Part shown: in pieces, positions 53,626-64,000 of the stretch
Numbering within the stretch: the stretch's first letter is position 1
How the letters are laid out: each line of letters begins with the position of its first letter
NCBI RefSeq assembly: GCF_006345805.1
Contig: NC_043015.1
Coordinates: 53,258,001 to 53,322,000, forward strand
Reading direction: 5' to 3'
DNA length: 64,000 nt
From: Octopus sinensis
Taxonomy: Eukaryota
Notes under the pieces: model-generated
Told to the model about the DNA's origin: nothing
The model's database searches: none
The model's input: the letters and a program-made list of their open reading frames with translations, nothing else
Translations under genes and position numbers: made by a program

Positions 53626-53627
<2 letters not shown>
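53199..53627 (+). mobile_element. Second, older retrozyme-like 360-nt monomer with 69-bp terminal direct repeats and decayed hammerhead
   Basis: Direct repeats at 53199-53267 and 53559-53627 (offset exactly 360). Hammerhead-shaped segment at 53411-53459: TCGCAA-CTATTGA-...-CTC-GAAA-CTGAGTCAGTC-TCGCGA. Ends in (TA)n. Confidence 0.6.
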
Positions 53628-53672
<45 letters not shown>

Positions 53673-53764
53673 GGCGGTGCATCAGCATGGCCACAGCTGT
53701 GAGCTGAAACTAGAGAGAAAAGAAAAGGAAAATATACATAATATATATATATATATATATATAG

Positions 53765-53800
<36 letters not shown>

Positions 53801-53834
53801 ATATATATGTATATATATATATATATATATATAG

Positions 53835-53891
<57 letters not shown>

Positions 53892-53949
53892 GTTTGTATA
53901 TATATTATATATATGTATATATACATTCACACATATACATATATATATG

Positions 53950-54008
<59 letters not shown>

Positions 54009-55379
54009 TATATATATTATATATATATATATAATATATATATAATATATATTATATATATATATTATATATATATATATATTATATATATATATCAGAA
54101 TAAATAATAGGATTTCAAGAAGTAATGCAGCAAGACCATTTCAGGCGCCTCCATTTAACTAAACATTGCAATAATTACATCTGTTATTAATGTAGCGCTA
54201 TCTTCAGCTGCACAAATATGGAACATCAACAGACTAGATACGTTAATATAATTTTTCTTAAATATTTTAACAGGCCAAGAGGATGGAGGAATTTCTTGTT
54301 GTCGGTATTGTAGAAGAAATTCATGTTGTCGCTATATGCAGAAAAGAGAGTACTCCATATTTGAGAAAAGATTAATTCAATTTTAAAAAGAAAGTACCAC
54401 ATATAAATAGATACATTGATAGACGGATGGATAGTTAGATAAATAGCTAGCAATGTACGTTTGTTTGAATGTACGTACGTATTTATAGGTCTACATATTC
54501 TTATATATATCGCAAAACATAGTGTAAAGTTCGAATTTTTTGTATATAACTTTTAAGCTAAATTTCATGTTTTAACTATAAGTCGGATACTACGATAAAA
54601 GTGCTGATATTCAAAATACGACCCAAGGTATTTTACCAAAACTGTAATCATAAATTATCTTTTGTGGATGCTAAGTTGTCTTTCAAAGCCAAGGACTTCA
54701 TGCGTTAGAACAGCAAAGCTTACGTTTGTAGATGTCTGCAAAGCTTTGTCAAGCTGGGATCCTTCCATTTATAAGAGGCCCACTAAGCCGTCCGGTATCC
54801 GTAACTGACGATGGGTAAAGACGCAGAAATGAATGGTATCAATCCTATTGCAATGGCGTTTTGTTGTCACGTATTGTCTATAGGGAGAATATTTTCTCAC
54901 GCGGCAATATCTGCAGCGTTAGTCTTTCCATGTCCCACTGCACACGAACATTTTAAATATGATTGTAACCGCTTATGTTTTATTCAACGCTGATTATAAC
55001 GCCTATTGGTATCTTAAGTTAAGAGAATTCATCGGAAACATAAGATAATATGGCTTTTCATAGATTTGTATCGAAGTAAATCTAGTATGTCGGTGTGTAA
55101 TGTAGAAGCTGTTCCTAAGAGCAAATTGGTGAGTCGAAATAATATTGTATAATCAAAAATAACATGAACCATCTACACGTTATCGCATTAAAGGAAAATG
55201 CATAAATGACTGTATCACGGTATTGAACAGATTATCGGATGTAGTTATACACCGCTTGTCACAATGCACTTCTTCGCATCGTTGCAATCTCCAGCTGATA
55301 ACAACCCGCTAGCTAGGCGGGTAGGCAGAAATACCCACTGACTGCAACAACAGTCCGTCGCAGGATTACTCACTTATGG

Positions 55380-55790
55380 CTGGGTGAATTTGAATAATGT
55401 TTCTACTAAAGGCACAAGGCCCGAAATTTTTGTGGAGGGGGCCAGTCGATTAGATCGATCCTAGTACACAACTTCGGGGGAATTTGAACTTAGAACGTAA
55501 AGACAGACGACATACCGCTATGCATTTCGCCCGGCGTGCTAACGTTTCTGCCAGCCCGCTGCCTATTGCAATATTCTTTTCTACTCTAAGCACAAGGCCT
55601 GAAATTTTGGTGGAGGGGGCTAGTCTATTAGATCGACGCCAGGACACAACTGGTACTTAATTTATCGACTCCGAAATGGTGAAAGATAAAGTCGACTTCG
55701 GCGGAATTTGAACTCAGAACGTAAAGACAGACGAAAAACCGCTAAGCATCTCTCGCGGCGTGCTAATTTTTCTGCTAGCGCACCGCGTTG
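55380..55790 (-). mobile_element. Two tandem SINE family 1 copies
   Basis: gcacaaggcc(c/t)gaaatttt...gaatttgaact...gctaa unit occurs twice. Confidence 0.85.
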
Positions 55791-56421
55791 AATAATGTGA
55801 AATAAAATGTCTTGTTCAGCAACACAACGCACCGCCGATCTGTGATAGTAAGTACAACACCCCGACTACTAGACCATGTACATTCACACGAAGATTAACA
55901 TGATAGAATTTAAACCTACAATAAGAAGAATTTATGAGACTACATTGGTATACATTATTTTGTTGTTAAGAATCTCGCTTAGCAGCCCCGTGGTTTCGAG
56001 TTGAGTCCCGTTGCTCGGCACATTGAGCAAGTGTATTCCGCTATAGCATAGGTCAAGCAATGCCTTGCGTGGGAATTTAATAGCTGGAGACTATGTGGCA
56101 GCCTGTCGAGATAATCGCACAAATGTGAAACCGGTTGAGAGCATTAATATACGTATAAATAAATTTTCTTACGCATTCTCATTGCATTTTCAACTTCGTT
56201 AATTTTTTCCTTTATACGCCCGTTTGTAAATATCAGCAACTGGAGATATGTATAAATGTGCGTGTGTGTGTGTGATTGTCCACCTCCACCACTTGAAACA
56301 TACGTCCCAGACGTATAAATAAATGCTAGACTCTGTTTCTTCGACTAAGTACTTCGAGGCAGTGCACTGGCGTGGCCGCAATCGATTGACTGAAGCAAAT
56401 GTAAGATAAAAAACATATATA

Positions 56422-56543
<122 letters not shown>

Positions 56544-58855
56544 TGTATGTATGTATGTATGTATGTATGTGTGTATGTATATCGTAAGAGCTTGAATAGC
56601 GAACTGCACAAAATCCATTATTCATGTTAAAATGTACAAGAATAATGAAAACATACATTGCACAAAAGAACATTATCTTTTACAGTGTTGTGACTTATCG
56701 GCTATGTGTAGGTTTGTAAGCTATATGTGGTTACTAATAGCAATTTGCTATATGTTAAAACAATGGTCTTATCTAATTAATATATACACATACATATAAT
56801 TCAGCGTGTGTGTGTGTGTGTTTTATCAAAATAACATTTCCATTTACGTGGTTGTGATATATCCTCAGTTATATATTTGTGTCTGAACTACACGTTACTT
56901 AGAGCAATTATGTATGTGTCGAAACAATGGTATTATTTAATCAATAAATATATATCTATATATATGTCTTAAAATAGCATCTTTTACGCTGTTATGTCAC
57001 GTGTGTGTGTGTGCGTGTGTGTGTGTGAGTTAGATGCAGTTTCTTGTAGCTTTGACGATGAAGCAACGGTGTTAACTAATCAATAAACTTAAAAGTATAT
57101 TTTAAAAGTATATTTTACAGGTCTGGGTCACATTAGTAAAATATAAAGTCTGTGTGTGTATGTGTGTATGTGTGTGCATGTGCTGTACATATATGCATAC
57201 GTGTGTACATGTGTATAAACTACACGTGCTTAAATCAATTTTGTATATGCTAAAACAATGGTGTTATTAATCAAATAACTGAAAGAAACCAGACGATATT
57301 AAATTTATGAAATTGAATACATTGGAATAAGAACGTAAAAAATAAATTATTATACTTTTACATTAAAATGGATTAAAATAAAGTAAAACCAAGAAAAAAA
57401 CGAGTGTTATAGGTTTAAAAGAGAAGGTGCATATGAATCTATAATTTGAAATGATTATTGGGTACGAAAACATGAATCAATTTATTTACTCGTAAAAAAA
57501 AGGTTGTAATAAAATTGACTACATTAATATGAATTTAATGAAGCTTAATAAATCGATGGTATAATAGGAATTTGTAGGTTGTAAATTCAATGATTATGGT
57601 GGAGAAGAACATATTTAAATGTCAACTTAGACAGTTTAAATAAGTGTTTAGATTAATATACGAACTTGAAAGAAACTTAGATTAAAACACCGGCGTGTAT
57701 ATATACGTTTATAATGTGTGTACAAACACGGAAAGGCACTAGCTATAATATTTTGTCTAGGAAGCTTCTCAAACAGACGGATGCGTTAAAAACATAGGGC
57801 ATTGCTTTGAACACCGTTGGATGTCCAAGACACAATTTTTCGACATTATTTGATCTCCTCAGAGACGAATATTTAGGACGCTCTGAGCTGCGATGAAAAA
57901 TTCATGTTCCCACAATCGATTAACAAATCATTTGCAAAACATTTACTGGTTTCTGCTAAAGCTAGCCAAACTAGGATTAGATTAATATATGTACTTGAAA
58001 GAGCCGTAGATTAAAATAATAACCGGTGGTTATACATGTTTATAATACGCACACAAACGTTAAACGGAACTACTAGCTGTAATAGTAGCAGCAATATTTT
58101 TGTCATGGAGACGTGCATGTTAAAAACGTCGGGCTCCGCTCTGAACGCCAGTGGATCACCAGATACGATGTTTCGGCATGAATTTGTCTCCTCAGTGACA
58201 AATACTTCATTAAAGGCTTAAACCGCGTTGGAATCCAAGATTTAGGTTTTTTTCTGATGTTTTTGCTTAGATTTTTCCTAATTATTATTACAAAAGAGAA
58301 AGGCTATAATAGCGTAGCAACTGCTGTTAGCGACTTGTTGATGAAAAGGGAATATTGTTGAAGGTGAACTTATAGTTGGTACTATCAAATACGAGCAGTC
58401 GTAGATGTATACTAGTATAATAGTGAAGAGTGGGATTATGCGTTCAATATATCGCTACTTATTTGGAAATAGATCAATAAAAAGATATCAAATTATTCTC
58501 TCTAATACTGGCACAGAGCCAACAATGTTAAAGGTGCAGGTTAATCAAATTACTTCGACCCCTCCCCCCTACATAACTGATACTTTATTCCATCGATCTC
58601 GAAAGGACGAAAGGCAAAGCTGACACCGGTGGTATTTGAAAAAAACAAACATAATGAAACAGAAGAAACGTTGCTAGGATTTTGTTCGATGATCTAGCAA
58701 GTCCACCGTGTCGCCGGGTTAAAACATTAGAGTCGAAATCCATTCGAAGTCGATTTGGCCTTTCATTCGAGCGGAATCGGTAAATAGATTATTAGCTATG
58801 GTCGGGGAGATTATAGAATTTTATTTTATATTTTTCTTGCGCCATATATATATAT

Positions 58856-58931
<76 letters not shown>

Positions 58932-59412
58932 TGTGTGTATGTGTGTGCGTGTGTGTGTGTGTATGTGTGTGTGTGCGTGTGTGTGTGTGTGTGTCTGTGT
59001 GTGTGTGCGTGTCTGTCGGTGTATGTGTGTATGTATGCATGTATGTATGTACGTATGTATATATATATATATATTATATATATACGGAAAGTGGAAGAAA
59101 CGAGAATTTTTCTTAATCACTACAATTGTTTCGACACCTCTAGCTTCGATCCCTCACGAGTGGGATATTTAACATCTGGTTCAGCACCATTCAACGGTAC
59201 AGATATGTCTCTTCGGATGATTAATAAATATAACTCGTTAAAATAACAGTCACGCAATGTTATCTTCACATTTCGTGTAAAGAAAAACAGCAAATTAAGG
59301 ATATATTTTCATTTATATAGAAGATCAATAATAAAATAACAGACGCAAAAAAAAAAAGAAACAAAGACGCAATACAGCGAGAAAGGTATTTGGAAAAACT
59401 GCTAATGGATAT

Positions 59413-59652
59413 ATATTTCTTTATTGCCCACAAGGGGCTAAACATAGAGGGGACAAACAAGGACAGACAAAGGAATTAAGTCGATTACATCGACCCCCCC
59501 CCAGTGCGAAACTGGTACTTTATTTATCGGCCCCGAAAGGATGAAAGGTAAAGTCGACCTCGGCGGAATTTGAACTCAGAACGTAACGACAGACGAAATA
59601 CCGCTAAGCATTTCGCCCGGCGCGCTAACGAGTCTGCCAGCATGCCGCCTTA
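59413..59652 (-). mobile_element. SINE family 1 head and body with Tx1-like 3' tail
   Basis: Near-consensus head and core. The tail at 59413-59460 aligns to the Tx1 3' end at 34111-34160. Confidence 0.85.
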
Positions 59653-59859
59653 AACTGTTAATGATATGGATGGTTAAACGCCCTCACATAAGTTGTATGA
59701 CACATGTACAATCGCTTATACAAGTATCCACGAAGATGTAAACATACGCATGCGTGTTGTTTGGTGCGCATAAGTTCACATAGTGAGTTAGATTGCTACT
59801 TAGTGTTTATAAGGATGGGAAGGTTAAAGCTAAACTTAATTCATCCAAATTGTGTTAAC

Positions 59860-60006
59860 AGTTACTCAAATTCATTCGCACTGCATTGTGAGAAAGTACA
59901 TGTATTTTCATGTCGGCATCTTGAGAGTTTTTCAGAAAGTCTATTAATGATCTTCTCATTGGTCCACAGGATTGACAGGGATTCCTCGGAGCAGAGTCGC
60001 ATCTCC
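59860..60006 (-). mobile_element. Penelope-like element, C-terminal GIY-YIG-region remnant
   Basis: Translates as MRLCSEESLSILWTNEKIINRLSEKLSRCRHENTCTF, resembling the PLE C-terminal CxLCxxEKxxIL...LNKRSExxSKCRH motif. Confidence 0.55.
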
Positions 60007-61424
60007 TGTATGTATGTATGTATGTATGTATGTATGCATGTATGTATGTATGTATGTATGTATGTATGTATGTATGTATGTATGTATGTATGCAGGTTTA
60101 TGCTTTCCTGATAGATTCCGTCAACGAAACTCATTCATTGGTGGGCCTGGAGCTATAATAGAAAGCACTTGCCCAAGGTGGAGCAGCGGAATGAGACTGA
60201 ACACGAAATCATGTTGCTGTAAAGCAAGTTTCTTAACCACACAACCACTAATTCTCCACCGAGTTTATCTCCGATCGTCGTAAAGTCTCTCATATTTAAA
60301 TATGTACGTTGCATTGAAATCGAACTTTGAATTCATGTTTCTCTACATATTACACTTTGCAAACGAAAAAAGACGTGAGGTGTTGCAAGAAAGATCAGTT
60401 TGAGCCATTTCCTTGTTTGAAAACTTGGGTTTCTAGAACAAAGAAGAAGTTTTGTTTATCGAAATATGAGGCCAGAGTAATTCCTTGAACAAACGTTTAG
60501 GTAAGCTTTGTAGTAAAAATGCTACACAAAGTAGATATAATACATGCCTTAGAAATTAAATAGAAAAGACGAGAATAAAGATTTAAATAGGATATTAAAA
60601 CTCTGTTCTTATCTTCAGTTCTAAGCTAACCAAATCCATTCTTTAATCAGAGTTGTTTAGTTTCTTTGCTGAAAGAATCCATTATAGTTTCGAAACGACA
60701 CTAAAATATGGTTAGATTAATGATCGACCGTCCGTGTCAACTCAACAAATACAAGATATCTTCAAATATTTATCTATTACGTTAGCACCACCAGACTACA
60801 ATGTTACTATGTGGTGTGTGAAGTATCACAAAATGTCTGACCTTCGCTCGCAGAGAAGCATTTAAATTCAGAATCTCGACAGAGGAAGTTTAAACTTTTA
60901 AAAGTAAATGTTAAATGACAGAAGAACTAAGGCAACTAACTAACCTGTCAGTTTATGACAGTCAAAGATATCTTAAAGATTGTAACATGTGTAAGCAGCA
61001 TAAGTTGAGACGTTATCGGAATGATTTTGCAGTGGCTGTGTACTTCACAGTCAACGTTGCCTACGTGGTAGCCATTTTGTTTTCAAGAAGATAATTTCAT
61101 TTGATGTTTTCGCATCAAGAAATTTTTCTGCTACTGAAGATAGAATTTGAATAAAAGGAAATACGAAAACAAAGTAATTGATGCAAAAATACATATTGAG
61201 GTTCGAGCCATAGAAAGGTCAGGGGTCATTCTATTTGACCTTCGGAAATTTACATCTAATTCTCTTTCACTGTGCCTATGTTTGTTTCTGTTTATATATC
61301 TCCTTCCTTTTTTTTCTCAATAATATATATGCAGTAATATATGTGCATGCATGTATATACGTATACATGCGGGCATATATATTATTGCATTATACGTATA
61401 TACATGCGTGTATATATATTATTG

Positions 61425-61460
<36 letters not shown>

Positions 61461-61898
61461 CATACATACACACTCATACATACATACATATATATATATA
61501 TATACATTTATATTTATGTATACAGACACGCGTGTGAGTGCATATGTGTATGTTTCATTCAAGTGTTACATTATTCTCCCACTCACATTTTGATCTCATT
61601 GTGGTTCCAGCATCTTTATGAATTTACATATACCTATGCACATGCATAACCCTATACACCTTAATACACCTGTAATTCACACACATATATGTATATACGC
61701 ATGCGTTACTTTCCCTCCTTTTCTATTATTTTCTTAAATGTCTACTTCAAAGCTATATTTATCATTTTTCCTTTGCCCGTTTACAACCTGTGCTGTAAGA
61801 GAAATAAGGTGGTTTTTAGTACCTTTTGACACATATTTCTAGCGTATTGGAGAGGTTCTTTCAATCCCTTTAATATAATTATGTATATAATTATATGT

Positions 61899-61974
61899 GG
61901 AGGCACATAGCCTAGTGGTTAGAGCAGCGGACTCGCGGTCGAGGGATCGTGGGTTCGAATCTCAGACTGGGCGA
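61899..61974 (+). mobile_element. tRNA-like SINE head (not a canonical tRNA)
   Basis: GGAGGCACATAGCCTAGTGGTTAGAGCAGCGGACTCGCGGTCGAGGGATCGTGGGTTCGAATCTC has A and B boxes, but the anticodon and acceptor stems do not pair canonically. Confidence 0.65.
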
Positions 61975-64000
61975 GATTTCTCTCACTCACTCATCTTCCT
62001 CACCCTTTCTTTCTCTATCTCCATCTCTGCCTTTCTCTCTGCATTTTTCTCACCCTCTATCCATCTCTTACTCTCCTTCTCCTCCCCTATCCCCCTCCCA
62101 CTCTCTCTACAATCACTATATCTTGTTATATTTTATCTATTTTTCTTACTTTATTATTTTATTTTATTTATTTTCATTTTATTTTCTTATTTGCCTTAAT
62201 TCTTTCTTTCGTGTTATTAACTGATTTTATCGAGATTTTGAATATTTTTCTCTTTTTCCTTTCGTATTTCAAAAAAATTTTGTGTTCTTGTTTTTTTGTA
62301 AGCTTTCTTTGTTTTATTCTTACATTTTATATTATATTAAACATTTGTTTGTATTTTTTATTTTCATTTTCAGTTAATCTTATTTTTAGGTGTTTTTTTA
62401 ATATTTTAAACTATTCTTATTTTTTTATATATTTGTTCATTTTTAGTGACTTTTATTTCACTGCTTCAATTTTTAGTCATTTTTCGTAGTATTTTTTGTA
62501 AGTTTTTTTGTTATTTCTTCTTACTATTTCTTTATTATTCTTTCTATTTGTTTTTAATTTTCTGGTTGCAATATTTTTTCGTTTATTCTTATATTCTTTA
62601 AATGCATTATATCTATATATGTCTGTATTTTGTTTTTGTTTTTGGTTTATAATATTGTCTTTGCTGAGCGAGAAATAGAAATAATTTTATTTTACAATCG
62701 CAACAATTCAAACTCTAACACGGTGGGAAAAAATATTTTAATTTAACTTGAAAATCATTTGCGCATCCATTTATTTTATCATTATAACTTTTTCCTCGAA
62801 GAAGCTTTAGAAAATGATGACATTCTAATAATAGCCATGAAGCCTTGAGAATTCTAAACGAAGACTAAATGAAAAAGTTCATACTATTTCGTAAAAGATC
62901 ATACTTTTCTAAAAGTTGGTTAATCTGCGCAACGGAAAGCAAAAATATTTCGATGTGAAATAACGTTTCGGACATACGAAAATCTTTTACATCCAAAAGT
63001 CAATATGTATTAGGAAAATGGTAATGCCGATTTTGTTTTTTATTTGTTTGTTTTTGTTGTTGCTTTTTTGTGCTTTCACTACAGCAATATAGAAATTCGA
63101 AGTTTACTGTTATTTGATCCTTGTTCCTATATCTGTGCTCATAAAATAAGCAAATTACAAAACTTGACATTACGATTTCAGTGCTAAGGTGCTCAACACT
63201 TGCCGAAAACCTTTTTTACTGATTCAGCATTCATATAAATGTTCTAAAATTTGAAGTATCAAGGACATGAGAAGGGATTTGCTCGTAGATTTTCTAAGAG
63301 CATTACAGGAGCTAATAAAATGAAATAAAGCTTCAGCATTTTAAATCGGAGCACAGAGACAACATTCATATTATCCGTAAATTACAATTTAGCGTCTTGA
63401 AAACGGAAGGAACATTGAATTCAATATTCAGATAAATACGTTTTTTAGAAATATTTCTTTTATTTCAATCGTTTCCAATGTTATTTGAATTAACATGAAA
63501 AGTAATTTTACCAAAGAGTTTTATAGGGTATTTTGTTTTTGTTTTTTTTTTAGCTGTTTTATTCCTCTATAATTTTTGCTTATTGTTTGTGAAATTTGTA
63601 TAAATTTGACTATTTTCAGATGTATGATGATGGAGCGCCAAGTAGACAAAAAAAAAACTCAGAATTTATCTGACAACGCAATTTATTGAAAATATAGTCA
63701 AAGATATGTTACATCTATAAAAATAAAGATCATCACGGTTAGAATGTTTGGCTCCTAAATTTAATCGTTCAGAGGCGAGCCAAGGGCTAAACAACAATAA
63801 GAGCATCGACAAAAACAAATGCATCGTATTTTACAGATTGTTAAGAGTTTAACACTTATTCTACAGCGTTTGACACCCATTACTAAAGATTTAATGTCAC
63901 ATTAAAGAACTAACTCCCTTTGTGATATAAATCTTTGCATTCCGCCATTGTTGTATATACCTTTGTTGTCAACCAGTGATATATGTATATGTGTATATAT

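Noticed and set aside
61899-61974. tRNA gene
   Set aside because: A and B boxes are present, but the cloverleaf does not close; this is a SINE head.
61980-62640. Hydrophobic membrane-protein-like ORFs
   Set aside because: T/C-rich low-complexity tract; the F/L/I bias is compositional.

Overview
AT-rich eukaryotic, repeat-saturated DNA. The SINE, LINE and microsatellite content looks like an Octopus (cephalopod) genome; this is recognition from memory, not a database result. I find no supportable host protein-coding gene, rRNA or bona fide tRNA, and most ORFs in the track are microsatellite translations. There is a 100-N scaffold gap at 30408-30507. The window holds many tRNA-derived SINEs, truncated LINEs (R4/Dong-like RLE, Tx1, CR1-like, RTE), Tc1/mariner remnants, MITEs and a Penelope-like remnant. 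The main discovery candidate is a family of 360-nt hammerhead-ribozyme retroelements (retrozyme-like). At 31572-32380 a 360-nt monomer with ~125-bp terminal direct repeats carries a complete type I hammerhead with a U3:A8 covariant core and a palindromic ACCGGU helix III. It is fused head-to-head to an inverted second copy inside a (TA)n array. A second, diverged monomer with the same 360-nt period, shared motifs and a decayed hammerhead lies at 53199-53627. Minimal Penelope-type hammerheads occur at 13297 and 39043. Other anomalies: a very AT-rich, organelle-like island with a ~180-bp-arm palindrome (41150-42420), a Tx1 LINE inside (GATA)n whose 3' tail is shared by a SINE, and a twin-priming-type inverted RTE.
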